Below, one piece after another: positions 1-9,766 of a stretch of DNA of 64,000 bases. This DNA is from Bacteroidales bacterium. GTDB lineage: Bacteria > Bacteroidota > Bacteroidia > Bacteroidales > UBA10428. The notes beneath the pieces were generated by a model. The model did not search any database. It was given only the letters and a program-made list of their open reading frames with translations, and was not told the origin of the DNA. A program made the position numbers and the translations under genes. Position 1 is the stretch's first letter. Every line of letters begins with the position of its first letter. The stretch is from positions 19 through 64,018 of the forward strand of contig JBGSSF010000012.1 of assembly GCA_041737175.1 (NCBI GenBank). The letters are read 5' to 3'.

Positions 1-328
<328 letters not shown>

Positions 329-402
329 GTTAACAGCTTAATATATAACTATTCCGGCATGTAATTTATAATCCCCCCGCCATCGGCGTGGGGAGAAATT
401 TT

Positions 403-510
<108 letters not shown>

Positions 511-514
511 TCAA

Positions 515-550
515 TCCCGGTTTCATGCAAGTGAGACCGGGATTTTTTTT
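515..550 (+). terminator. Intrinsic terminator closing the rRNA operon
   Basis: Stem TCCCGGT (515-521) pairs with ACCGGGA (536-542) and is followed by T8 (543-550). Confidence 0.7.
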
Positions 551-601
551 AAATCTGACAGGATTACGCTATCTTGCCTTAAATATCTCAAAACTACCAG
601 C

Positions 602-2590
602 ATGAAAAAAATGTTGCTGGCCATATTGTTTGTAATCATCCTCCCGGTATTCCTTTCAGCCCAAATCGATACCACAGTTGTTGTCTATTCCTGGAAACTG
701 GACGGATTTTATGCAAACCGCACCCGTGTCGAAGTGGATACCACACTTGCCAATTTCCAATGCTATAACCTTGCTTATAAGAAATTTACAGGCATTGCTA
801 CCCTTGGGAATTACGGACTCCCGGTGCAAAGTATCGTTTATTCCGAACGCCCACAATACCAGGAGTTTGTGCTCATCAATAGCTTTTTCCCCTTTATGAA
901 ACATTACGATAACACCGCCTATATCAATACCCGAAAACCTTTTACCAGGATTTCCTATTTCAAGGGCGGCTCCAGTCAAAACAAAGAAGAGATCCTGGAT
1001 GCCTTTCACTCCCAGAACCTTACCAAGAAACTCAACATCGGTTTGCATTACACCACAGTTGGTTCACTCGGACAGTACCAGTTTCAGAAAGTCAAGAACA
1101 ATTCCTTTAATTTCTTTTCCAGCTACTCAGGAACTGTTTATAATAATTACCTCAGCGTTAATTATAATAAGATCATAGCAGATGAAAACGGCGGAGTTCA
1201 GAATGACTCCCTGGTCACCGATACAACCTATGCTTTCACCAGGGATATCCCAACCCTGTTCAGCGGCACAGATAACGCATCCCGGCACAATCCCGACGTC
1301 TTTAATGAGATCCGGAATATAAACTTTCTGACTGTCCAGGAAATTGCTTTCCGGGGAAATCGGCAGGCTTCGGATTCTGTCGGCAAACCCGGGAAACTTC
1401 GGATCTTTTATCCCAAACTGGTTTATATTGTAAGCCTCGACCGAACATCGCGGCTTTTTACGGATCGTGATCCTATGGTTGGTCTCAACAATGGCCTCTA
1501 CCCGGCCTTGAACGTGAGTGATTCAGTTACCCTGGATTCATTACTGTATTGGAAACTGTTCAATTCGGCACGCCTTCAGTTCCAGGGACGACGAAACAAC
1601 CATTATTTTGTGGATTATTCCTATGAAATGCTGAATTACAGCATGGCCGTCAGCAACGGTAAAGCAACAGCCGACACCCTGGAACAGGTATGGTTTATTA
1701 CCGATAAAATTCAACTCCCCGGATTGGAATATAAGAGCCGTTTGTTCAATTCCTATGTCTCATCAGGATTCACCAGGGTTTTTGCCAGCCTGCTCGAGCT
1801 GAATCTCTATGGCCGGTATTACCTTTCGGGCCATCGTCAGAGTGATTTCCTGCTCACCGGAGATGCTAAACTCACCCTGGGCAAACCGGAACATCCTATG
1901 ACCTTTAAGGTGAAGATTGACAACGAACTGAGAACTCCTGATTTCCTTTATTCTCACTATGCGTCCAATAATTTCATATGGACCAAAAATTTTAACAAGA
2001 CCTCATTGAATCATTTGTCAACAAACCTGACCGTTTCATCAAAGAAGTTTGAAGTTGAGGGCGATTATTACTTACTTCGTAACGTAATTTATCTGGATAA
2101 CAACGCAGTTCCGAAACAATACCAAACTGCTTTGTCACTTTTGGTCCTGAGTGCATCCAAGCGATTTGATTTTTGGAAGATCACGAGTGTCAGCAAATTG
2201 GTATACCAGAAAAGTGAAAATGAAAATGTTCTCGATCTGCCCGAAATTGCTTTGTATAATTCAACGTATCTGACGCACCTGTTCAATTTCAGGGCGACAG
2301 GCGGTAAATTGATGACCATGTTAGGATTTGACCTCTTTTACAATTCAAAATATTATGCGGATGCCTATATGCCGGCTTTGACTTCGTTTTACCGGCAAAA
2401 TAGTAAGCAATTGGGCAATTATCCATATTTTGATGTTTTCCTCAATATTCAGCTGAAAAGATTAAGGTTCTTTCTCAAGTTAGAGCATATTAATTCAGGT
2501 TGGATAAACAAGAACTACTTCTCAGTGTTACACTATCCACGGAACGAGCGTGATTTGAAATTTGGGCTTTCCTGGACATTTTATGATTAG
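602..2590 (+). CDS. Outer-membrane beta-barrel protein (Bacteroidota putative-porin-like)
   Basis: N-terminal signal peptide MKKMLLAILFVIILPVFLSAQ. Asn/Tyr/Ser/Phe-rich composition compatible with beta strands, and an aromatic C-terminus (LKFGLSWTFYD). The family assignment is tentative. Confidence 0.55.
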   Translation: MKKMLLAILFVIILPVFLSAQIDTTVVVYSWKLDGFYANRTRVEVDTTLANFQCYNLAYKKFTGIATLGNYGLPVQSIVYSERPQYQEFVLINSFFPFMKHYDNTAYINTRKPFTRISYFKGGSSQNKEEILDAFHSQNLTKKLNIGLHYTTVGSLGQYQFQKVKNNSFNFFSSYSGTVYNNYLSVNYNKIIADENGGVQNDSLVTDTTYAFTRDIPTLFSGTDNASRHNPDVFNEIRNINFLTVQEIAFRGNRQASDSVGKPGKLRIFYPKLVYIVSLDRTSRLFTDRDPMVGLNNGLYPALNVSDSVTLDSLLYWKLFNSARLQFQGRRNNHYFVDYSYEMLNYSMAVSNGKATADTLEQVWFITDKIQLPGLEYKSRLFNSYVSSGFTRVFASLLELNLYGRYYLSGHRQSDFLLTGDAKLTLGKPEHPMTFKVKIDNELRTPDFLYSHYASNNFIWTKNFNKTSLNHLSTNLTVSSKKFEVEGDYYLLRNVIYLDNNAVPKQYQTALSLLVLSASKRFDFWKITSVSKLVYQKSENENVLDLPEIALYNSTYLTHLFNFRATGGKLMTMLGFDLFYNSKYYADAYMPALTSFYRQNSKQLGNYPYFDVFLNIQLKRLRFFLKLEHINSGWINKNYFSVLHYPRNERDLKFGLSWTFYD

Positions 2591-2667
2591 TTTGTTATTG
2601 CAGGGCTCATAAAAAGTGGTGTAGACCAGCAGCGGTACGTGTTTTTTTACTAAATTCAGAAATAGCT

Positions 2668-4077
2668 ATGTTAAAGAAAATAATCATATTTCCCCTTCTG
2701 TTGATCTTTGCAGCCTCCTGCAACTTCAGCAGCCACAGGACAGAAGAAGTCCGGTGGGAAAAGGACCTGGAGAATATCAAGGAAGAAGGAAAAATTACTG
2801 TTCTGACAGATTACAGTTCAACGGATTACTTCATTTATCGCGGACAGCCCATGGGATTTCAGTATGAAATGCTCCAGCAACTGGCCAACCACCTGTCGGT
2901 TCGACTTGAAGTTCGCGTTAGCCGCAGCCTGAATGAAAGTTTTGAATTGCTCCGAAACGGTGAAGCGGATCTTATTGCGCAGAACCTGGCTGTCACCAAG
3001 GACCGGCTTCAGTTTATCGATTTTACCATGCCCCTGGTTACTTCCAGACAGGTACTGGTGCAGCGTAAACCCGAAAACTGGCGGAAGATGAAAGCGATGG
3101 AAATCAGGGAGCACCTGATCACCAGCCCGCTCGAATTAAAAGGTGTGACTGTATATGTTATGCGCGGATCTGCCGCCAACATGCGGTTACGCAATCTCGG
3201 GGAAGAAATTGGAGGCGACATTGGCCTGATTGAAGTGGATGAGAGCCCGGAACAGCTTATCAACCTTGTTTCCGAGGGCGAAATACCCTTTACGGTGTGC
3301 GATGAAATTGCCGCCAGGGTGAACGCAAGCTATTATCCCGATGTGGATATTTCTACTCCCGTCAGCCTTGAGCAAAATATGGCATGGGCAGTTCGTAAAG
3401 GTTCCACAACCCTGGTGCAGGAACTGAATACCTGGCTTGCGGATTTTACCAAAACCCGCAAATACAAAGCCATTTATGCCAGGTATTTTGAAAGTCAGAA
3501 ATCCGCTACCATGGTTGAGAGCGATTTCTATGCCATCAACACCGGCAAGATTTCTCCCTATGACCGTTACATCAAGCAATACAGCTCATCCCTGGGGTGG
3601 GACTGGCGTCTTATGGCTTCACTGATCTACCAGGAATCAAGGTTCAAAAATAACCTTACCTCCTGGGCAGGCGCCTGGGGATTAATGCAATTGATGCCTG
3701 GCACGGCAAAGCGCTATGGCGTGGATACCATCTCCTCACCCCGTGAACAGATCCGGGCCGGCAGCGAGTTCATCATCTGGCTTAATAGGCAGTTCAGTGA
3801 CATCCCCGATGAAAATGAAAGGATCAAGTTCATACTTGCAGCTTATAATATAGGCCCCGGACATATCATCGATGCGCGTAACCTGGCCCGGAAAAACGGA
3901 GCCGATCCCGATATATGGGATAACAATGTCGCCCGTTTCCTGCTTTCAAAAGCAGATCCGAAATACTACAACGACCCCGTGGTCAAGTTTGGCTTCTGCC
4001 GAGGCACCGAGACCTTCAATTATGTAGCCGACGTGCTGGAACGGTACGAGCATTATAAGAATATAGTGGGGAAGTAG
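2668..4077 (+). CDS. mltF: MltF-like lytic murein transglycosylase (SBP_bac_3 domain + SLT domain), lipoprotein
   Basis: Lipobox FAASC. The N-terminal half resembles solute-binding protein family 3. The C-terminal SLT catalytic motif is YQESRF...GLMQLMPGTA...AYNIGPG. Confidence 0.8.
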   Translation: MLKKIIIFPLLLIFAASCNFSSHRTEEVRWEKDLENIKEEGKITVLTDYSSTDYFIYRGQPMGFQYEMLQQLANHLSVRLEVRVSRSLNESFELLRNGEADLIAQNLAVTKDRLQFIDFTMPLVTSRQVLVQRKPENWRKMKAMEIREHLITSPLELKGVTVYVMRGSAANMRLRNLGEEIGGDIGLIEVDESPEQLINLVSEGEIPFTVCDEIAARVNASYYPDVDISTPVSLEQNMAWAVRKGSTTLVQELNTWLADFTKTRKYKAIYARYFESQKSATMVESDFYAINTGKISPYDRYIKQYSSSLGWDWRLMASLIYQESRFKNNLTSWAGAWGLMQLMPGTAKRYGVDTISSPREQIRAGSEFIIWLNRQFSDIPDENERIKFILAAYNIGPGHIIDARNLARKNGADPDIWDNNVARFLLSKADPKYYNDPVVKFGFCRGTETFNYVADVLERYEHYKNIVGK

Positions 4078-4234
4078 GGAGAATGGAGTAAGGAGTAAGG
4101 AGTAAGGAGTAAGGAGTAAGGAGTAAGGAGTAAGGAGAGGATTATGTGATTGATAATCAGTGTTTTATCACATGCGCTAACTCTCATGCTTAAAACTCAC
4201 TCCATACTCCTTACTCCATTCTCCCTACTTTTTT
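4074..4234. terminator. 33-nt imperfect inverted repeat (4074-4106 / 4195-4228) followed by T6; probable terminator between convergent genes
   Basis: The reverse complement of 4195-4228 matches 4074-4106 over the first 24 nt perfectly, then has 2 mismatches. TTTTTT follows at 4229-4234. The right arm encodes the last codons of the Nudix gene. Confidence 0.45.
4085..4133. repeat. Perfect tandem heptamer (GGAGTAA)x7, read as TAAGGAG in another register
   Basis: Counted directly: seven identical units at 4085-4133 plus a degenerate eighth at 4134-4140. The array starts 8 nt after the mltF stop. Confidence 0.95.
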
Positions 4235-4834
4235 CACTATTTCCAAAAACTCGCTCAAAATCATCGCCGTAGCACCCCAGATGTGGTTGTTTTGGATGTC
4301 AAAGTAGGGAACTTCAATCACATTACCGGCAATTGACATGATTTCATGCTTTTGGTTCGCAGGGTCCAACAGCTCATCCATACCTGCTTCAATCAGGTAT
4401 TCCACTTCCGCGGGATTATGCTTAAAGACCGGACGATTGTAACTGATACCAACATAAGGAAACACATCTGCCTGGCTTACCGGGATATGCAAGGGCGTGA
4501 GCTGCCCGATGATTTTTATCTCGTCTACCGGTATTCCAGTTTCTTCCATGGTTTCACGCAATGCTGTGCAGGCCAGATTTAAATCGGTTTCTTCATATTT
4601 TCCGCCCGGAAAACTAACCTGGCCGCTGTGAACGCCTTCATATTCCGTGCGTTTTATAAATACAATACAGATGGAGACATGGCAGGGATATAATAACAAC
4701 AATACACCGCTTTTTTTAATGGGTTTACCTGAGGTTGAAATTCTTATTACCGAAGGTGACATCCTTAACTGAGCTTCCACTCCGGGCAGGGGTTTTTGCA
4801 ATTCTTCCGAAAGCTTTGATATCCAATTGTTCAT
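4211..4834 (-). CDS. NUDIX hydrolase, CoA pyrophosphatase-like
   Basis: Nudix box GGKYEETDLNLACTALRETMEETGI (Gx5Ex7REUxEExGU pattern). Confidence 0.8.
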   Translation of the reverse strand: MNNWISKLSEELQKPLPGVEAQLRMSPSVIRISTSGKPIKKSGVLLLLYPCHVSICIVFIKRTEYEGVHSGQVSFPGGKYEETDLNLACTALRETMEETGIPVDEIKIIGQLTPLHIPVSQADVFPYVGISYNRPVFKHNPAEVEYLIEAGMDELLDPANQKHEIMSIAGNVIEVPYFDIQNNHIWGATAMILSEFLEIVKKVGRME

Positions 4835-4839
4835 CTGAA

Positions 4840-6084
4840 TCAGTCAAATCGAATGGTACGTGAAGGGCTGATCCGGGCAATGACCATGGAGGGCAGGGTC
4901 AGTATAACCAGGGTTATCAGCAATGTACCTATATTCAACACAAGAAGCTGGGTAAGGTTTATATTGACAGGAACATATTCCAGAAAATAAGATTCGGGAT
5001 TCAGCTTTAACAGTTTAAAATAATACTGTAACATGCATATGCCTATGCCTACCAGGTTTCCGTAAAACAAGCCTTTGACCATCAGGTAAACCGACTGATA
5101 CAGAAATATATTGCGCACACCCCGGTTGTTCATTCCCAGCGCTTTCAGAATCCCGATCATGGTTGTCCGGTCGAGGATGATGATCAGCAGGCCTGAAATC
5201 ATATTGAAAACCGATACGATCAGCATCAGCCCAAGCAGTACCCAGACATTTTTGTCAATCAGTCCCAGCCAGTCAAATATCTGGGGATATCGTTCACGTA
5301 TGTTGATAACCCGTAGTTTGGACCCGTCGGGATTGAAACTCAATCCGGCTATGTTGAATACTTCTGCTGAAACCTGGTCGAGATCGGAATAATCGTCGAT
5401 CAGGACCTCAAAACCCGATACCTGCGTAGAATCCCAGTTATTTAAACTTTGCAGGTGGCCGATATCCGCCAGGATAAACTGCTTGTCGAATTCCATCAGG
5501 CTGGTACGGTATATGCCCGATACTGTAAAAGACCTGCCTCGAGGTTGATCATTGATGAAGTACATGGCAAAACGGTCCCCGGGTTTAAGCTTCAGCAAAT
5601 CAGAAAAATACTTTGATATCAGCACCTGGTCGGTTTTTGAACTGTCATTCACGGCGAACACTGAACCCTCCACCAGGTTACCGGAGAAAAAGCTCCAGTC
5701 GAAGTCACTTCCGACGCCCTTTACAATAGCACCCTGGATATCGCTTTTTGTTTTTATAATGCCGGGTTTTGTCGCAAATACCTGCACGTGCCTGACTCCC
5801 GGTGTGGAATTCAGCAAAGGAAGGAAAGCCTGATCCTTTAAAACAGGTTCCGTTTCAAAGGAATTGTTTGCATCGTAATTGATGATCTGAACGTGCGAAC
5901 CGAAGCCGATAATTTTACGCCGTATTTCATTTTTAAATCCCGTAACAGTGGCTACTGCAATAATCATCACAGCCAGGCTGAGTGCAATGCCGATGACCGA
6001 TATGCGGATAATGGGACCTGCAAAGGAGGATCGGTCTTCTTTATTGAAAGTTAACCGCTTAGCTATGAATAACCCGGTTTTCAA
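4840..6084 (-). CDS. LolC/LolE-type ABC transporter permease (MacB-like periplasmic domain + FtsX domain)
   Basis: One N-terminal TM, a large extracytoplasmic domain, then three C-terminal TMs. The start (FIAKRL...SFAGPIIRISVIGIALS) is typical of LolE-family permeases. Confidence 0.8.
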   Translation of the reverse strand: MKTGLFIAKRLTFNKEDRSSFAGPIIRISVIGIALSLAVMIIAVATVTGFKNEIRRKIIGFGSHVQIINYDANNSFETEPVLKDQAFLPLLNSTPGVRHVQVFATKPGIIKTKSDIQGAIVKGVGSDFDWSFFSGNLVEGSVFAVNDSSKTDQVLISKYFSDLLKLKPGDRFAMYFINDQPRGRSFTVSGIYRTSLMEFDKQFILADIGHLQSLNNWDSTQVSGFEVLIDDYSDLDQVSAEVFNIAGLSFNPDGSKLRVINIRERYPQIFDWLGLIDKNVWVLLGLMLIVSVFNMISGLLIIILDRTTMIGILKALGMNNRGVRNIFLYQSVYLMVKGLFYGNLVGIGICMLQYYFKLLKLNPESYFLEYVPVNINLTQLLVLNIGTLLITLVILTLPSMVIARISPSRTIRFD

Positions 6085-6269
6085 CAGTTACATATCTATA
6101 GGCTTCAAAGATATTAAATATTGTTGCTTAAACTGCATGGCCGGCATCATATCCTGTTGAACGGGCATGATATTGACAAAGCGGTACTTCGCCGATTTGA
6201 TTAATTTTAAAACAAATGAAATTATTGCGTTAATTTTAGGAGGTTATCTGATATGGCAAATTTTTACCC

Positions 6270-7469
6270 ATGAATTGGTATAGAACATTTACATGCATTT
6301 CTGTATTTCTCGGGCTTCAACTTTTTCAAGCCTGTGTTGCAAAATCCGATCCGCCCCGGCAGCCTGTTAAAACCGGCGCGGACCAGACTTCCCTTTACTT
6401 TCCCCTTTTGGAAGGGAAATCTGTGGGACTTGTCGCCAACCATACCTCGGTCACCGGAAAGGTTCACCTGGTAGATACAATGATTCATTCCGGGATTCAC
6501 CTGGTGAAAATATTCGCACCCGAACATGGTTTCAGAGGCCTAATTGATGCCGGTGAAAGCATCAGTAATGGTGTTGACAGCAAAACCGGAGTTCCCATCA
6601 TCAGCCTGTACGGTTCAAAATCCAAACCTGCAGCCATTGACCTGAAAGGCATTGATGTGATGGTATATGACATCCAGGATGTGGGGGTAAGATTTTATAC
6701 CTACATTTCAACACTCCATTATGTGATGGAGGCCTGTGCGGAAAATGATGTGCCCCTGCTGATACTGGACAGGCCCGATCCGCTTGGGCATTATATAGAT
6801 GGTCCCGTGCTTGACACCACCTTCAGATCATTTGTAGGCATGCATCCCATTCCGGTTGTTTATGGGATGACGGTCGGCGAACTGGCCCGGATGATCAACG
6901 GGGAAGGCTGGTTGGCCGGCGGTCTTGCCTGCGACCTGAAAATCACTCCCTGCAGCAGTTATGACCACAAAACATTTTACAATTTGCCTGTTGATCCTTC
7001 TCCCAACTTGAATTCCATGGAAGCTATCTATCTATACCCGTCGCTGTGTTTTTTCGAGGGCACCATCATGAGTCTGGGCAGGGGAACTCCATACCCTTTC
7101 AGGGTAGTGGGACATCCCGATTACCCGGTTAAAACCTTTTCATTCACTCCCCAAGCGACAGCAGCCAATAAAAATCCGGTTCACAAGGATAAAATTTGTT
7201 ACGGTACCGATTTCCGGTCGATGCCCATTGCCGATTTGCAGCAGATGCGGGGATTGAATCTCCAATGGCTCATCGGGACCTATAAGACCATGGGGAAAAG
7301 GGAGGATTTCTTTACCGATTATATCGATAAGCTGGCGGGAACAGGCAGTCTGCGGAAACAGATCGTGGAAGGGTTGACCGAGGAGCAAATCAGGCAAAGC
7401 TGGCAGCGGGAACTCAATAAATTCAAAGTTTTGAGAAAGAAGTATTTATTATATAACGATTTTGAATAG
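6270..7469 (+). CDS. DUF1343 family protein (NamZ-like exo-beta-N-acetylmuramidase), lipoprotein
   Basis: Lipobox LFQAC. Motifs GLVANHTS, FAPEHGFRG and DIQDVGVRFYTYISTL are characteristic of DUF1343/YzbB/NamZ proteins. Confidence 0.75.
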   Translation: MNWYRTFTCISVFLGLQLFQACVAKSDPPRQPVKTGADQTSLYFPLLEGKSVGLVANHTSVTGKVHLVDTMIHSGIHLVKIFAPEHGFRGLIDAGESISNGVDSKTGVPIISLYGSKSKPAAIDLKGIDVMVYDIQDVGVRFYTYISTLHYVMEACAENDVPLLILDRPDPLGHYIDGPVLDTTFRSFVGMHPIPVVYGMTVGELARMINGEGWLAGGLACDLKITPCSSYDHKTFYNLPVDPSPNLNSMEAIYLYPSLCFFEGTIMSLGRGTPYPFRVVGHPDYPVKTFSFTPQATAANKNPVHKDKICYGTDFRSMPIADLQQMRGLNLQWLIGTYKTMGKREDFFTDYIDKLAGTGSLRKQIVEGLTEEQIRQSWQRELNKFKVLRKKYLLYNDFE

Positions 7470-7501
7470 GCATTAAAAATTCAGCCTCTACAAGCATAAC
7501 C

Positions 7502-7736
7502 GTCAACTTAATGAATGATTGCGCGCCTTCAGGGCTTATATTCAATGGGTTGATGAATACCACAGGGCGATGCCCTGTGTTAGTGATAATGCCCTTTCAG
7601 GGCGATTTCTTGTACATTTGATTTAAGCCCTGAAAGGGCATTATCAATAGCCCGGGGCATAGCCCCGGGTTACAATAATTGTCGGAAATAAAAGCCCTGA
7701 AGGGGCGTAATCAAAAATAGTGGCTCTTAAGTTGAC
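7502..7736. repeat. Cluster of nested palindromes (REP-like), bounded by the 10-bp inverted repeat GTCAACTTAA / TTAAGTTGAC
   Basis: Hairpins: CACAGGGC-GAT-GCCCTGTG (7561-7579) and CCCGGGG-CATAG-CCCCGGG (7651-7669). A perfect 20-bp inverted repeat lies at 7584-7603 / 7627-7646. The outer 10-bp inverted repeat lies at 7502-7511 / 7727-7736. Confidence 0.85.
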
Positions 7737-7858
7737 CTATATTCAACAAGGTTGAATCGGTTTATTTTATATAATTCTTCTACAATAATTTATCCTCTAC
7801 GAGGATATGTTTATGCCATTTTTATCAACTTCGTAGAAGCAGATATCCGATATTTAAT

Positions 7859-8713
7859 ATGATCCAAAATCCAGAAAACCATACAATCACCAGCGGAAAT
7901 GCGAAGCTCGCGGTAAAAATTTATCCCCGCGCTGCCACGGGAACGGTTATTCTCCTTCATGGAGGTCCCGGTGTTCCGGACGAAATGACGGAAGTCCGGG
8001 AGTTCCTGACCGGACATCTTCAGGTGATCACCTTTGACCAGCGCGGAATCGGAATGACGGACAGTCAAAATTGCAGCTTCACTATGGCTGACTACATCAG
8101 TGATGTAAACCATATCGCGGCTCATTTTACCCTGGACGGATTTCACCTCTTCGGGCATTCCTGGGGAGGTTTGTATGCGCAGCTCTATGCCTATGAATTC
8201 CCGGAACGGGTGAAGAGTCTTTTTTTATGCAGTCCTGCATCGGGGACAGGCAGGCAGTGGTTGCTGACCGAAAGAGAAGTGTTCCGGTACAACCGCGAAC
8301 GTTCAACCCTTGGCGAATGGATCGGGATGGGCATTAACACAGCGTTGGGATTGATTGGAAGCAGCAGCGCATACCGCCGATTATTCAGACAAATCATCAT
8401 CAACTACCATAAAGGGTACAACGTGGAACCTCCTGATAATGAAAAGCTTACCCGCATAAATGCCAAAGCAGGCACCCAAACGCGTAATGCGATTAAGAAA
8501 CATTCACCACTCGGTGTATTCGGAAAAACACCTTACCCGGTGATGATTACATACGGTGAATTTGATGCCTATGGCAAAAGCAGGGAATTCGTCCTGGAGC
8601 GGTTCCCTTATGCCAGAACCGCGATAATACCGGGTTCCGGCCATACTCCCTGGAAGCACAACCTGAAGGAGTTCGGGAAGATCCTGAATGATTTTTATGT
8701 AAAGGAACACTGA
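7859..8713 (+). CDS. Alpha/beta hydrolase (proline iminopeptidase-like)
   Basis: HGGPG oxyanion region, nucleophile elbow GHSWGG and C-terminal GSGHTP histidine motif. Confidence 0.75.
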   Translation: MIQNPENHTITSGNAKLAVKIYPRAATGTVILLHGGPGVPDEMTEVREFLTGHLQVITFDQRGIGMTDSQNCSFTMADYISDVNHIAAHFTLDGFHLFGHSWGGLYAQLYAYEFPERVKSLFLCSPASGTGRQWLLTEREVFRYNRERSTLGEWIGMGINTALGLIGSSSAYRRLFRQIIINYHKGYNVEPPDNEKLTRINAKAGTQTRNAIKKHSPLGVFGKTPYPVMITYGEFDAYGKSREFVLERFPYARTAIIPGSGHTPWKHNLKEFGKILNDFYVKEH

Positions 8714-8738
8714 CAGGGTACCTCCACCCCGTTCGCAT

Positions 8739-9617
8739 CTATGCCTTTTTGGATTGCCTGAATTCCCTGACCATTTGTTCAAACAATTCCTTGTCGTCCA
8801 TGTCAACCAGTTCTTCAGGGACATCTTCCTGAGGTTCTTCCTTTCTCCGGGATTTATCACGAGGGTACCTGTATATTTCCCAGACGCCCTGGTTGTACTC
8901 CAGGGAGGTCAGGTTCTCTACCCAGTCACCCGAGTTAAGATATTGGATATGACCAACTTTTGGTACAACGATCTCTTTCATTTCAGGGTGATGGATGTGA
9001 CCGATTACGATGGCCTTGAATCCTTTATGAATCGCAAGCTTAGCAGCAGTATTCTCGAAGTCGCCGATGAATTTCACCGCTGATTTTACATTGTCTTTAA
9101 TTTTCTTGGAAAATGATACTTTCCCCCTTCCGAAGATCCGGCTCACGAAATTGAGGACAGCATTCACAATAATCAACGCGTCATATCCCATGGCGCCAAG
9201 CTTTGCCAGCCATTTATTATTATGCAGGACCATATCGAAAACATCACCATGGAAAAACCAGGTTTTTACACCGTTCAGTTCCAGTTCCAGTTTATTGAGG
9301 ATCTCAAAATTCCCGATCCGGAGACCTGCAAACTTGCGTAACGTTTCATCATGATTGCCTGTGATATAGTAAACCTGGCAGCCTTTGGCCGCCAGGTTCA
9401 GTATTGATTTGACCACCTTCATGTGTGTATTGGGCCAATAACGTTTGGAGAACTGCCAGAAATCGATGATGTCACCGTTCAGTATAAGCTTACCGGGTTT
9501 AATGCCCAGGAGATACTGGTTAAGATCGTAAGCCTGAGATCCGTAAGTCCCCAGGTGAACATCGGAAATTACAACCAGGTCAACCTTGCGCCTTTTTGGT
9601 TTAACAGCAGCACTCAT
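8739..9617 (-). CDS. lpxH: UDP-2,3-diacylglucosamine diphosphatase-like metallophosphoesterase
   Basis: Calcineurin-like motifs ISDVHLG, NGDIIDFW, GNHD and GHIH. Carries a charged ~40-aa C-terminal tail. Confidence 0.65.
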   Translation of the reverse strand: MSAAVKPKRRKVDLVVISDVHLGTYGSQAYDLNQYLLGIKPGKLILNGDIIDFWQFSKRYWPNTHMKVVKSILNLAAKGCQVYYITGNHDETLRKFAGLRIGNFEILNKLELELNGVKTWFFHGDVFDMVLHNNKWLAKLGAMGYDALIIVNAVLNFVSRIFGRGKVSFSKKIKDNVKSAVKFIGDFENTAAKLAIHKGFKAIVIGHIHHPEMKEIVVPKVGHIQYLNSGDWVENLTSLEYNQGVWEIYRYPRDKSRRKEEPQEDVPEELVDMDDKELFEQMVREFRQSKKA

Positions 9618-9766
9618 ATCATGGAAAAATTAAGAGTCCGGGAAAATTTATTTTCCGGAATCATATACAAGATTATTAAGAATTCCGGAAATATTTCCTC
9701 AATAGCGATTTATTTTCTAACCCCATCATGTCCGGAATATCATTCGCCGAATGCCGGGGTCCAAAC

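Noticed and set aside
7811-8158. 115-aa minus-strand ORF overlapping the start of the alpha/beta hydrolase gene
   Set aside because: It is antisense to a gene with clear catalytic motifs and has no motifs of its own.
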